A stretch of DNA of 64,000 nucleotides from an uncultured Candidatus Saccharibacteria bacterium (GTDB taxonomy: Bacteria > Patescibacteriota > Doudnabacteria > UBA920), in NCBI GenBank assembly GCA_964631145.1, contig CAZVXT010000001.1, forward strand, positions 319,361 to 383,360. Direction: 5' to 3'. Every line of letters begins with the position of its first letter. The stretch's first letter is position 1. Below, piece by piece: positions 1 to 11,491 of the stretch. Under the pieces are notes generated by a model. It worked only from the letters and a program-made list of their open reading frames with translations. It was not told the origin of the DNA and did not search any database. The position numbers and the translations under genes were made by a program.

Positions 1-729
1 AACCCATTTAGTTATAGAATTATTTTGTATTAGCTCGTTTATTTCATTATCTACATGATCTCCTCCTACAATGCAAACTGGATTGTAAGAATTAAACTCT
101 TTTATATAGTCATACATATTTGCAAGCATTAACAAGCCTCTTAATTGTTGTATTTCTTTAAATGTCTGTGAAAGAGTTGATAATAAATATTTATAATAAG
201 TAGGATTATTTTCATATTTTTCTATATGGAGAATGATTTTATTTGTTGTGATATCGAGTATTATTTCTTCTATACCAACGCTTATTACAGACTTATTTAT
301 TAATTGATATCTGAACATGGCATTTTGCCTTGGGTCATTGATGATAGATTTGGCTACTTGATTAATTTGGCTAGAATTTATAGTTTTATTGCCTTCTCTG
401 CCCACTAATTGTGAGACAAAATTGTAAGGGTTATATTCATAACCTTGAAATCCTTCCATTCCTATCAGTTCAGGATTTAAATCTTGTAAGATTTGGTAAA
501 TTTTGATTTGCGATTCTATAGCAGCATTTTTACGGATTTTTTCCATGTTTGGAGCTGCGTGCGTCATTCCTATTATATTTAATTTAATATTTGATAATTG
601 TGGCAAATTTTGATCTAATTTTGCCTGTAACTCAATTAATTTATCTTTTGTAATTCTTTGTGCATGAGAAAAACTATTTTTATTTATATAATTTACTAAT
701 GACTTAAACTTTTTATTTATGTTAACCAT
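1..729 (-). CDS. TraB/GumN/ChaN/EreA-like fold protein, 3' end runs off the window (not in the ORF track)
   Basis: Hand translation from ATG 729 (GAGGAGG SD) stays open to position 1; motifs IIGMTH, LIGMEG and VCIVGGDH match the spacing of this superfamily. Confidence 0.6.
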   Translation of the reverse strand, partial: MVNINKKFKSLVNYINKNSFSHAQRITKDKLIELQAKLDQNLPQLSNIKLNIIGMTHAAPNMEKIRKNAAIESQIKIYQILQDLNPELIGMEGFQGYEYNPYNFVSQLVGREGNKTINSSQINQVAKSIINDPRQNAMFRYQLINKSVISVGIEEIILDITTNKIILHIEKYENNPTYYKYLLSTLSQTFKEIQQLRGLLMLANMYDYIKEFNSYNPVCIVGGDHVDNEINELIQNNSITKWV

Positions 730-829
730 ATTTCCTCCTCAAATTTAATATTTATTCTGTCAAAAAAATGATGTTTTGTCAACTGGTAAAATTTAGATAA
801 AGATGATATAATTCAAACAAGTTATTAAC

Positions 830-906
830 CACGCAGTAGATTTTACTGCTACTGACGTGAAGAAAATGAAAGGATTTCTGCAAAGCTAAATATAGTTTTG
901 AGAAAT
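830..906 (+). promoter_or_regulatory. Structured rpsO leader, candidate S15 autoregulatory RNA
   Basis: Hairpins cacg..gcagta/tactgc..cgtg and atttct-caaagcta/tagttttg-agaaat lie between a TGATATAAT -10 box and rpsO. Confidence 0.45.
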
Positions 907-914
907 ATAATTAA

Positions 915-1190
915 ATGTTAAGTAAAAAAGAAAAAGACGCTATCATCAAGAAGTTTCAAACTCATAAAGATGATACTGGTTCTCCAGAAGTTCAAGTTGC
1001 TATTTTAACTAAAGAAATTGAACAAGTGAGCGAACATTTAAAAATGCATCGCAAAGATAACCATTCTCGTCGCGGACTTTTGAAGATGGTTGGTAATCGC
1101 CGTCGCCTACTTCGTTACCTTAAAGGTGAAGATGAAAAGCGTTACGAAAAAATTACTGACAAACTTAAGTTGAAGAGAGATTCTAACTAA
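915..1190 (+). CDS. rpsO: 30S ribosomal protein S15
   Basis: [21 protein letters not shown] motifs. Confidence 0.99.
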   Translation: MLSKKEKDAIIKKFQTHKDDTGSPEVQVAILTKEIEQVSEHLKMHRKDNHSRRGLLKMVGNRRRLLRYLKGEDEKRYEKITDKLKLKRDSN

Positions 1191-1260
1191 AATATTACTA
1201 CCTCATCTCTTGTAGGTGAGGTTTTGTATTGTGTGTTAGTTTTTAAGGTATAATTATATT

Positions 1261-1656
1261 ATGAGTGATCAAAAGTTAGACCCAGAACAATTTGAACAAG
1301 TTTGGATAAAGCTCTCTGAGCAGGTAATCCAAATAATGATGTCTGATAGTGTTATTAAAGAAATCAAAGATAAAGTTAGAAGCCAAGGACATATCGAACT
1401 TGAAGATCGTGAAAGTTTTATTAGTAAAGTTAATGAAATTAAAAACGATTTAATTGAAAAACAGTTTGGTAATGTAGAATCAGAACAGTATAAAAATTTT
1501 GCTCATGAGTGGCAAAATTGGCTAAAGGTGCGAGGTGTAAATCGCCCAAAGCCAGAAAATATGTTTGAAGAAAATATCGCTCATTTGTTATTTGGCAGTA
1601 CTCCAAATCCAGATTTGTTTTTGCGAGACTTTGATTTATATAAAGACGTAGAATAA
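1261..1656 (+). CDS. Hypothetical protein
   Basis: 131 aa ORF with TATAAT 6 nt upstream of the ATG. Confidence 0.75.
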   Translation: MSDQKLDPEQFEQVWIKLSEQVIQIMMSDSVIKEIKDKVRSQGHIELEDRESFISKVNEIKNDLIEKQFGNVESEQYKNFAHEWQNWLKVRGVNRPKPENMFEENIAHLLFGSTPNPDLFLRDFDLYKDVE

Positions 1657-1772
1657 TAATTAATATTTCTCTACTATGATTGGGATTAGGTTTCCAATAG
1701 CTTTGTATTAAATTTAAATTTGATAATAAGCTTTTGGTAATCTCCCTAAATTGTAGAGACAAGGAAAGATTT

Positions 1773-4103
1773 ATGGAGAAAAAAATAATTTCTCTTGATA
1801 TAGCTGGAAAAACTTTGCAGCTAGAAACAGGAAGACTTGCTGGACAAGCTAATGGTGCTGTCTTGGCTCGTCTTGGTGATACTGTAGTTTTGGCAACTGT
1901 GGTGATGAGTAAAACTGCTCGTGATGGTATAGACTTCTTCCCTCTTTTGGTTGATTATGAAGAACGTTTGTATGCAGCAGGAAAAATTAAAGGCAGTCGA
2001 TGGGTTAAGCGCGAAGGTCGTGCTACTGACGAAGCTATTTTAAGTGGTCGAGTAATTGATCGTAGCTTGCGCCCGATGTTTCCTGAAGGTATGCGCAATG
2101 ATGTTCAAGTGGTTGCAACTATTTTGTCTGTTGATGGAGAAAATGATCCAGATATGGTTGCTGTAAATGCAGCTAGTGCGGCTTTGCATATTTCTAATAT
2201 TCCTTTTGATGGTCCAATAGCTGGTGTTCGTGTTGGTAATATAGACGGGCAGTTAGTAATTAATCCAACTAATGAGCAACGCGAAAAATCTAATTTAGAT
2301 TTGATTGTTTGTGGTACTGCCGAGCATATTATTATGGTAGAAGCTGGTGCTGGGTTGGTTGCTGAAGAAGAGATTGTAAAAGCAATAGAATTTGCTCAAG
2401 GCTACTTAAAGCAATTATGTGGTTTGCAAGAAGATTTTCGTAAAGAGGTTGGTGTAGAAAAAACTACTCCAATCATTAAAGAGATTAATCCTCAAGTATT
2501 AGACCAGGTCAAAGCTTTTTTGACAGATGAAAAAATCGAAGCCGCTATTTATGTTAGTAGTAAAGAACAACGCGATCAAAATGTCAGAGATTTAACTGCC
2601 GAATGTTTGGATCTTGTAAATCAAGCATTGTCTTCGGAAGATTTGGATATTAATATTGCCAAAGAAGTTAATACTGCTATTGATAAGATTTTAAAGAAGT
2701 ACCAACAAAAGCAAATTTTAGAAAAAGACAGACGTGTTGATGGTCGAGCTATGAACCAAACCCGTCAAATTAGTTGTGAAGTTGGAGTTCTACCTCGTAC
2801 TCATGGCTCTGCCCTCTTTACACGCGGTGAAACGCAAGTTTTAACTGTTGTAACTTTAGGAAGCAAAGGCGATGAGCAATTGCTAGATGGTGTAGAAGAT
2901 CCAGTTGAAGGTCGCGGCAAGAGATATATTCACCATTATAATATGGCTGGCTTTAGTGTTGGAGAAGTTTCTCCAATTCGCGGACCCGGTCGTCGAGAAA
3001 TCGGACATGGCGCACTCGCGGAGCGTGCTGTTGAAGTAGTGTTGCCAGCACAAGAAGACTTCCCTTACACAATGCGTTTGGTTTCTGAAACTATGTCTTC
3101 AAATGGTTCTACATCTATGGCTTCTACATGTGGTTCTACTTTAGCTCTTATGGATGCCGGTGTTCCTATTAAAGAAGTTATTGGTGGAGTTGCTATGGGT
3201 CTTGTTATGGATGAATCTAATCCAAACAACTTTAAAGTCTTAACTGACATTGCTGGAATTGAAGATTTTAACGGACATATGGACTTTAAAGTTACTGGTA
3301 ATGAAAGCGGTGTTACTGCACTTCAGTTAGACATTAAAGTAAAAGGTTTAACTGCACAAATTTTGGCACAAGCTTTGTCTGAAGCAAAGCCAGCAAGACT
3401 TCATATTTTGAGTAAAATGAAAGAAGCTTTGTCCGAGCCGCGCCCAGACCTTTCCCCTTACGCACCTCGTATAACTAGCTTTATGATTAAGCCTGATCAG
3501 ATTCGTGAGGTTATCGGAAGTGGTGGTAAAACAATTAATGGAATTATTGCTCAGTGTCCGGGGGTTAAGATTGATATAGAAGACGATGGTTTGGTGATGG
3601 TTGCATCAACAGATGCAGAAAGTGCTACCCGCGCAGTTCAAATGATTAAAGATATTGTCCGTGAAGTTATGCCAGGGGAAATTTTTGAAGGTAAAGTAGT
3701 TCGTCTTATGGACTTCGGAGCTTTCGTAGAAATTTTGCCAGGTAAAGATGGAATGGTTCATGTTTCTCAGCTTGCAAATTACAGAGTTGGTAAACCGGAA
3801 GATGTTGTTAAAGTAGGAGATACTTTGAAGGTTCAGGTTTCTGAAATAGACGAGCAGGGTAGAATTAACTTAACTCATAAGCCTTTTGCTGCTCCGGCTC
3901 CGGAAGGTAGCCAGGATGACAGTAGAGGAGATCGTGGCTCCAGAGGTGGTTATGACAGACATGATAGAAAGCCAAGGTTTGGTGGTGGTAGAGGACGTGG
4001 CGGCGATCATCATGGCGGTAGTTCTAGGCATCATAATGACAACGAAAGATCACATGGACACGCTACTCCATCAAAACCTTCTCGCCCACCAGAAGAATTT
4101 TAG
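1773..4103 (+). CDS. pnp: Polyribonucleotide nucleotidyltransferase (PNPase) with RG/His-rich C-terminal tail
   Basis: Two RNase PH domains (RREIGHG, SNGSTSMAS), KH and S1 domains; start refined to MEKK. Confidence 0.99.
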   Translation: MEKKIISLDIAGKTLQLETGRLAGQANGAVLARLGDTVVLATVVMSKTARDGIDFFPLLVDYEERLYAAGKIKGSRWVKREGRATDEAILSGRVIDRSLRPMFPEGMRNDVQVVATILSVDGENDPDMVAVNAASAALHISNIPFDGPIAGVRVGNIDGQLVINPTNEQREKSNLDLIVCGTAEHIIMVEAGAGLVAEEEIVKAIEFAQGYLKQLCGLQEDFRKEVGVEKTTPIIKEINPQVLDQVKAFLTDEKIEAAIYVSSKEQRDQNVRDLTAECLDLVNQALSSEDLDINIAKEVNTAIDKILKKYQQKQILEKDRRVDGRAMNQTRQISCEVGVLPRTHGSALFTRGETQVLTVVTLGSKGDEQLLDGVEDPVEGRGKRYIHHYNMAGFSVGEVSPIRGPGRREIGHGALAERAVEVVLPAQEDFPYTMRLVSETMSSNGSTSMASTCGSTLALMDAGVPIKEVIGGVAMGLVMDESNPNNFKVLTDIAGIEDFNGHMDFKVTGNESGVTALQLDIKVKGLTAQILAQALSEAKPARLHILSKMKEALSEPRPDLSPYAPRITSFMIKPDQIREVIGSGGKTINGIIAQCPGVKIDIEDDGLVMVASTDAESATRAVQMIKDIVREVMPGEIFEGKVVRLMDFGAFVEILPGKDGMVHVSQLANYRVGKPEDVVKVGDTLKVQVSEIDEQGRINLTHKPFAAPAPEGSQDDSRGDRGSRGGYDRHDRKPRFGGGRGRGGDHHGGSSRHHNDNERSHGHATPSKPSRPPEEF

Positions 4104-4128
4104 TAATTTACTCTCCCCTTTTATGATC

Positions 4129-4159
4129 AAAAAACCAAGCAAGTATTGCTTGGTTTTTT
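4129..4159 (+). terminator. Intrinsic terminator after pnp
   Basis: aaaaaaccaagcaa-gta-ttgcttggtttttt. Confidence 0.85.
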
Positions 4160-4236
4160 GTTGTGTGTTTTTTATATAAGGTTGAAAATTATATGATAAA
4201 TTGCTATACTGTTGTCATCAAATTAAGGAGGTTTGT

Positions 4237-4566
4237 ATGGAAACAACTAAGTTACAAAAAAGTGAACCGGTATTATCTGAAGAATTAATTAAGCCTATTG
4301 AACGGCGGATGGTGACTGCAACAGAACTTGCAGTGGTAAATGAAATTGTTGAAACAATTCAAAATGAATTGCGGTCTAAAAATTTAGACGTTACTAAAGA
4401 GTTTCATTTTTATATTTCAAAAACTCAAAGCAAAGTTTTAACCTATAATGGATTATTTTTGATTAAGCGAGCTTGTATGATTAATTTTTGGGAATGTAGT
4501 TATGAATCTGGAGATGGGTATGGTGGTGGTAAGCCTGGATTTTGGATAGGTCATAGTAACGTTTAA
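4237..4566 (+). CDS. Hypothetical protein (ORFan, likely paralog of next gene)
   Basis: AAGGAGG SD before METT start. Confidence 0.75.
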   Translation: METTKLQKSEPVLSEELIKPIERRMVTATELAVVNEIVETIQNELRSKNLDVTKEFHFYISKTQSKVLTYNGLFLIKRACMINFWECSYESGDGYGGGKPGFWIGHSNV

Positions 4567-4579
4567 ATAAGGAGTTGGT

Positions 4580-4882
4580 ATGGTAAAAGAATTTGTTCAA
4601 ATAAATTACACCAATTCTACCGTTGATTGTTCTGTATCTAAAGAAGAAGTTGATTTTATAAATTTAATCATTCATAAAATTAATAACTTGGTAGAATGCC
4701 AACATTTTATCAATGGTAGGACCAAAGCCTTTCGTTTAACTGCATTGGAAGATAAATTAATGACCAAAGTTGTTAATTGGAATATTAATAAAATATGTTT
4801 AGATAAAGGCATTAGTTATATGCATATTCCTTTTGATGATATTGATGGTGTCGAAGCTAAGGTTGTGATTAGAAAAATATAA
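4580..4882 (+). CDS. Hypothetical protein (ORFan)
   Basis: AAGGAG SD; followed by terminator hairpin agacaagta/tacttgtct. Confidence 0.75.
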   Translation: MVKEFVQINYTNSTVDCSVSKEEVDFINLIIHKINNLVECQHFINGRTKAFRLTALEDKLMTKVVNWNINKICLDKGISYMHIPFDDIDGVEAKVVIRKI

Positions 4883-4972
4883 ATTTTAGACAAGTATTTA
4901 CTTGTCTTTTTTTGTGGTTGATTTGTCCTTAAGTTTATGATAATTTGATAAGAAATTATATTGGAGGAATAT

Positions 4973-5968
4973 ATGGATATAGAGTTATTACATTATTTAC
5001 AAAAATCTTTTAAATTGCCTGACTTACAAATTGTTAATGAAATTAATTCAGGTATGCAAACTAAAAATTGGATTGTTATAAGTAATGGGTTTAAATTTGT
5101 GCTCAAACAACATCGAACAAATAATATTAGTGAGATTGAAAAAGTTAATCAAGCGGTTAGGATGTTTGAGTGTAAGCTTCCTGTGGTCTCCGCATTAGTT
5201 ATTGAAGAGCAATCTGTGGTTGAGTTTGAAGACAATGCTTACTCGTTATATTTATATAAAGATGGTAAAATCTTTAATCGAGGAAGTGTTTCAATATGTG
5301 CTTTGGTAAATAGTGCTAAATTTTTAGCGCAGCTACATTTTTACGGACAGAAAAAATATATAGATATAGACTTACCTTGTGCTAATACAGATTTACGTAA
5401 ATATTTTTCTGAAGATCTTAACCATTTAAAGCAAATTGTTGAAACAAAACGAGCGCAAGCTTTATTAGACTCGCAAGCTTGGAGCTTAATAGAACTGCAA
5501 GAGCAATTAGCATTAAATTATCAAATTCCTAGTTATTACCATCTCCAGCCTAATCATTTCACTCATGGTGATTTTCATGATCAAAATTTGATATTCGATG
5601 ATTACGGCAATATTAATGCGGTAATTGATTTTGAAGAAGCAAAATATGGGTTTCGTTTAGTAGAAGTTGTCCGCAGTATGTTAATCATGTGCTTAGGAGG
5701 TGGCTATAATAAGCTAAATTTAATGCAAGCTGTAACTTATTTGCGGACTTATTATTCTTGTTATCAATTTAGTAGGGAAGAGCTAATAGAAGCCATTGAC
5801 TTTGTTTATACCAAGCGTTTATATTCTTTATGGGCGTTAAAACAAATATATTTGCACAATAACCGTAAAGTAGAGAAGTTGCTACCAGAAACTTATACAC
5901 ATTTGATAAGCTTGTCTCAAAACTTACCTCTTTATAAAAAGATTTTTATCAAAGAAGTTTTTGGGTAA
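4973..5968 (+). CDS. Phosphotransferase, APH / homoserine kinase type II family
   Basis: FVLK, Brenner motif HGDFHDQN, VIDFE; GGAGG SD before MDIE. Confidence 0.9.
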   Translation: MDIELLHYLQKSFKLPDLQIVNEINSGMQTKNWIVISNGFKFVLKQHRTNNISEIEKVNQAVRMFECKLPVVSALVIEEQSVVEFEDNAYSLYLYKDGKIFNRGSVSICALVNSAKFLAQLHFYGQKKYIDIDLPCANTDLRKYFSEDLNHLKQIVETKRAQALLDSQAWSLIELQEQLALNYQIPSYYHLQPNHFTHGDFHDQNLIFDDYGNINAVIDFEEAKYGFRLVEVVRSMLIMCLGGGYNKLNLMQAVTYLRTYYSCYQFSREELIEAIDFVYTKRLYSLWALKQIYLHNNRKVEKLLPETYTHLISLSQNLPLYKKIFIKEVFG

Positions 5969-6141
5969 TTGTTTAAATAAACGTAGGAAAACCTACGTTT
6001 TTTGTTTTTTAGTGTGTTTTATTGACATTTTATCTATTGACAAAAATGTTAAAATATGTTAAAATATTGATGTTCAAGATTAATTAGCTTTAATCTTATT
6101 GAACACTAAAAAATAAAACTAAATTTAGAGGAGAGACATAA

Positions 6142-6423
6142 ATGTCAAATTTCAGAGCCAGAAAATGGGCCCGTATGTCGGGTATAGCAAAAACTTTAAT
6201 CAACAACCCAGAAATCTTTTTCGGGCAAACAACAACCACCCCGCTTTTTGAAACCAAAGAACCTGTTCTTTTGGGTTCCAAAATCAGTTTAACGCAAACA
6301 TTTCCCATTTCGGTTGAAAATAAAAAACCCGAAGGTCGCGTCATTAAAGTTTCTGCCGAACAAATGGCGGCGGTTAAAAACCGCCAAACCGGCGGCTCTC
6401 GAAGTCGCTACAAAAAATTCTGA
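6142..6423 (+). CDS. Hypothetical basic protein, visibly more GC-rich than its surroundings
   Basis: AGGAG SD, TTGACA promoter upstream, terminator downstream. Confidence 0.6.
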   Translation: MSNFRARKWARMSGIAKTLINNPEIFFGQTTTTPLFETKEPVLLGSKISLTQTFPISVENKKPEGRVIKVSAEQMAAVKNRQTGGSRSRYKKF

Positions 6424-6486
6424 CGAAAGTCAGCTACAACGCTTGAGATAATCTTGCGTTGTTTTTTTATGCAAAAAATTTTATAA

Positions 6487-7659
<1,173 letters not shown>

Positions 7660-7715
7660 ACTTTATTCGGCTTTTATTTATGGGTGTTAAAATAGTAGTA
7701 AATAATGATTAAAAT

Positions 7716-8006
7716 ATGAATTTACAAAACGAATTTTCTAAAATTCATCAACGTTTTGATGAGTTGGATCAAAAATTTATTACAAAAAAAGATGCTCAAG
7801 CATTTGCTACTAAAGAAGACTTAAAGCACTTTGCAACAAAGAGCGATGTTGAAAAGTTTGCGACTAAAGAAGATCTTGATAATCAGACTCGGGAATTAAA
7901 AGATTATGCTGATGAGCAAACAGAGCATTTGGTGGCTGTAATTTCTGCAACTATTGCTACGCCTTTGCAAAAACATTTTGACGAACATCATTTATATTCT
8001 AAATAA
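7716..8006 (+). CDS. Small coiled-coil protein with ATKEDL-type repeats
   Basis: Four FATK(E/S)D-like repeats at 9-aa period. Confidence 0.75.
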   Translation: MNLQNEFSKIHQRFDELDQKFITKKDAQAFATKEDLKHFATKSDVEKFATKEDLDNQTRELKDYADEQTEHLVAVISATIATPLQKHFDEHHLYSK

Positions 8007-8047
8007 ATTTGGACATAAAAAAACGCCTAAAATTTAGGCGTTATTTT

Positions 8048-8923
8048 TCATTTACAAGTTTTCCAAAAATCAAACAATTGTGGGGTCAGATAAATTTTCA
8101 TATTATCTGGTAAATCTTGAAAATTAGAAAAATTATTTTCTATTAATTTTGCTATTTGTTGATTGTGAAAATTTCCACCTTTAATAGCCTTGAAGTTGTC
8201 ATCATAAAAATAGCAATAAACTATAGGGCTATTTTGACTAACCATAATGGTTTTGCCAAAACTTGGGAAGTAAGTATGGATCGCTAACATGGGATTTCCA
8301 AATTCGCTAGTTAGCTCAAATGATATAAGTGGTAGAGACTGGTAATTTGAACTTACTACCGAATTTCCATTTTTACTATTTGGATCAATAAACAACTTAC
8401 CTTGATTAGTTTTTCCGATAGGAGAATAGCCATAAGTTTCTAGTTCCCAAATTCCTTTAAAGGTATTATATTCTGAAGATACTTCTCGAAGATTTAAATT
8501 GAATAGAGTAGAAAAGTTTTTTTCAAAATTTGCCAATACATTTTCATTGCACGCTCCGATGGTGATTAGGCATTGATAGACCTGCGGATTATTTTTTGCT
8601 TCTAATAATAAAGCATTTTGATAATAAGGCTCTATTATTAAACCTTCTTGCTGTATTGTTTTTGATAACTGTTTTACTTTATCTTTTTCTTTTACAAAAT
8701 CAATATTGCTGCCAAAAAATCTTAAAATAAAACTTTTTGCCGACCCTTTTGGCAGAGGTGTTACTTCGTTTTTAAAGACTGAAGTTATTCCTAGATTTTG
8801 GGATTTGGTATAGTAAATCCAACGCTTTCCAGAATTGCTGAGAAAAACATTTTGTCCTGCTATATTAGAAGTTGTAGTTAAGAACGCAAAAATCAACAAT
8901 ATAGTTAAATAGAAAATTTTCAT
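8048..8923 (-). CDS. Hypothetical secreted protein
   Basis: GGAGG SD before MKIF; N-terminal signal peptide ending NIAG|Q. Confidence 0.75.
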   Translation of the reverse strand: MKIFYLTILLIFAFLTTTSNIAGQNVFLSNSGKRWIYYTKSQNLGITSVFKNEVTPLPKGSAKSFILRFFGSNIDFVKEKDKVKQLSKTIQQEGLIIEPYYQNALLLEAKNNPQVYQCLITIGACNENVLANFEKNFSTLFNLNLREVSSEYNTFKGIWELETYGYSPIGKTNQGKLFIDPNSKNGNSVVSSNYQSLPLISFELTSEFGNPMLAIHTYFPSFGKTIMVSQNSPIVYCYFYDDNFKAIKGGNFHNQQIAKLIENNFSNFQDLPDNMKIYLTPQLFDFWKTCK

Positions 8924-9022
8924 TTTATCCTCCATGATTTTTAATTTGAAGTATAACAATACTAATTTTTGGTGGTTTTGTCAATTTTTGCGTAAAATAT
9001 TTGCAATTGTTATAATTTTATT

Positions 9023-10405
9023 ATGAATACAAATGATTTAATGGACAAAATAGTTAGTTTGGCTAAGCGCCGCGGTTTTGTATATCCTGGTAGCGAAATT
9101 TACGGTGGTCTTTCTAACTCTTGGGATTATGGTCCACTTGGAACCGAATTAAAAAATAATATTAAGCAGTTATGGTGGAAGCGTTTTGTGCAAGAGCGTC
9201 CAGACATGGTTGGGATTGATGCGGCTTTGGTAATGAATCCAAAAGTTTGGGAGGCATCTGGTCATGTTGCAACTTTTAGCGATCCGCTGATTGAAGATGA
9301 AAAGACCCACGAAAGATATCGTTTAGATCATTTGTTAGAATCAGCGGGGGTTAATGTTACTGGAATGGACCTAGAGGCAATGTCTGCAAAAGTAAAAGAG
9401 CTAAATTTAAAAAGTCCAAAAGGTAATAATCTTATGGAGCCAAAAAAATTTAACTTAATGTTAAAAACTTTTTTGGGTCCTGCTGAAGAGCAAGCAAATG
9501 TTGCCTACTTTCGTCCAGAAACAGCGCAGGCTATGTTCGTACAATTTAAAAATGTCCAGACAACAAGTCGCAAGCAAGTCCCTTTTGGTATAGCACAAAT
9601 TGGAAAAGCATTTCGTAACGAAATTACTCCTGGTAATTTTGTATTTAGGACTCGCGAATTTGAACAAATGGAAATTGAATATTTTATTCCAAAGCCAGAT
9701 ACTGACAAAGATTGGAATAACTATTTTGAAGATTGGCATAAAGCTATGATATCTTGGATGCAAAATGATTTGCAGTTGGATATGAGTCACGTGCACGAAT
9801 TGGAAGTACCAGCAGAGGACCGTGCCCATTATAGCAAGCGCACTGTAGACTTTGAATATGAATTTCCTTTTGGAATTAAAGAACTTTACGGCTTAGCGTA
9901 CCGTGGTGATTTTGATTTGAAAAATCATCAAGAAGCTAGTGGGGAAGATTTGCAATATTTAGATCCTCAATCAAATGAAAAATATTTACCTCATGTAATA
10001 GAGCCAACTTGGGGAGTTGATCGCAGTTTTTTGGCAGTGCTGTGCGAGCATTATCGTGAAGAAGGAGATGCGGACAGTAAGCGTATCTGGTTAAAACTTC
10101 CTCCAAAACTAGCTCCTTATAAAGCGGCTGTATTCCCTTTGTTAAAAAATAAACCAGAATTAGTAGCAAAAGCTCAAGAGATTTTTAAAGATTTGTCTGC
10201 AGACTTTATGATTGCTTGGGATGATCGCGGCAATGTTGGGAAGAGATATTATAGTCAAGACGAAATTGGAACCCCTTATGGCATTACTGTAGACTTTCAG
10301 ACTTTAGAAGATGGTACCGTTACTATTCGCGATCGCGATACTATGCAGCAAGAACGCATTGCTATAACAGAATTAAAAAACTTTTTAACACAAAAGATTA
10401 AATAA
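9023..10405 (+). CDS. glyQS: Glycine--tRNA ligase, dimeric (alpha2) type
   Basis: AKRRGF, RPETAQ, FRNEITP, REFEQME, VIEPTWGVDR. Confidence 0.98.
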   Translation: MNTNDLMDKIVSLAKRRGFVYPGSEIYGGLSNSWDYGPLGTELKNNIKQLWWKRFVQERPDMVGIDAALVMNPKVWEASGHVATFSDPLIEDEKTHERYRLDHLLESAGVNVTGMDLEAMSAKVKELNLKSPKGNNLMEPKKFNLMLKTFLGPAEEQANVAYFRPETAQAMFVQFKNVQTTSRKQVPFGIAQIGKAFRNEITPGNFVFRTREFEQMEIEYFIPKPDTDKDWNNYFEDWHKAMISWMQNDLQLDMSHVHELEVPAEDRAHYSKRTVDFEYEFPFGIKELYGLAYRGDFDLKNHQEASGEDLQYLDPQSNEKYLPHVIEPTWGVDRSFLAVLCEHYREEGDADSKRIWLKLPPKLAPYKAAVFPLLKNKPELVAKAQEIFKDLSADFMIAWDDRGNVGKRYYSQDEIGTPYGITVDFQTLEDGTVTIRDRDTMQQERIAITELKNFLTQKIK

Positions 10406-10438
10406 TTTTAAGGTGCTATTTAAGCACCTTATTTTGTC

Positions 10439-11458
10439 ATGGAAAAATTAAAAAAATTACAGAAGAAATTAACGGCACCTATTTTAGTTGCTGATAAAAA
10501 TAATTTGCTTTACCTGCTTGATAAGCCTGTTATGGATGGGTTTTTGTTATTAACTAAAAATGATGCAATATTTTTTGGTAATGGGTTAGAAAAAATTTCT
10601 GGAACCAAAACAGCTCGTCTGTCAGATATAGCCAGATTTATAAAAGGCAAAACTTTGCTAATTGAAGATTGTATAACTATTAGAGAGCAGCAATTTTTGA
10701 AGAAATTTTCTAAAAGTATAAAATTACAAACCATTAATGGCTTGGTAGAAGAATTGCGTCTTTATAAAGATAAAGACGAGTTAAGTATGATGAAGTCGGC
10801 TTATGATATTACTGTCAAAGTGTTTTCTAGGATAAAAATATCATTAGCAGAAAAAAAGTTTACAGAACTAGCTTTAGCTAGACAGATTAAAATTTGGGGG
10901 TTGGAATTAGGGGTTGATGATGTAAGTTTTGAGCCTATTGTTGCTAGTGGGGTTAATGCAGCTATTCCGCATCATATGAATAGCAATAAAGTGATTAAAT
11001 CAGGTGAGTGCGTTGTGCTAGATTTTGGCTTTAAAGTAAATGGTTATTGTAGCGATTTTACCAGCACAGTATTTATCAAATCCGCTTCTAAACAACTAAA
11101 AACTGTTTATAATCATATAGAAAATGCTTACCAGTTATCAGTAGAAAGTTTAAAGAGTGGTATTGCGGCAGCAGAGCCAGATGTTATTGCGAGGAATTAT
11201 TTAGCTCAAAATAAATTAGAAAAATATTTTACACATTCCTTGGGGCATGGTACTGGTTTGGCTGTGCATGAATCTCCTTATTTATATAAAACAAGTAAAG
11301 ATGTCTTGCAAGATGGTTATGTATTTAGCATTGAGCCTGGAGTTTATATAGACGGCGTTGGTGGTGTAAGAATTGAAGATCTGGTTTACTTGCAAAACGG
11401 CAAAGCTAAGTATTTTGCAAAAGTTTCTACAAAATTAGAAGACAATATTATAAAATAA
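10439..11458 (+). CDS. M24 family Xaa-Pro aminopeptidase
   Basis: DFG..YCSD, HSLGHG, HE.P, SIEPG, GVRIED. Confidence 0.95.
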   Translation: MEKLKKLQKKLTAPILVADKNNLLYLLDKPVMDGFLLLTKNDAIFFGNGLEKISGTKTARLSDIARFIKGKTLLIEDCITIREQQFLKKFSKSIKLQTINGLVEELRLYKDKDELSMMKSAYDITVKVFSRIKISLAEKKFTELALARQIKIWGLELGVDDVSFEPIVASGVNAAIPHHMNSNKVIKSGECVVLDFGFKVNGYCSDFTSTVFIKSASKQLKTVYNHIENAYQLSVESLKSGIAAAEPDVIARNYLAQNKLEKYFTHSLGHGTGLAVHESPYLYKTSKDVLQDGYVFSIEPGVYIDGVGGVRIEDLVYLQNGKAKYFAKVSTKLEDNIIK

Positions 11459-11491
11459 AAAAGACAGCGATTAGCTTCGCCGTTTTAATTA

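Noticed and set aside
7770-7880. DNA tandem repeat in the ATKEDL protein
   Set aside because: The repeat is at protein level with diverged codons, and is a common coiled-coil motif.
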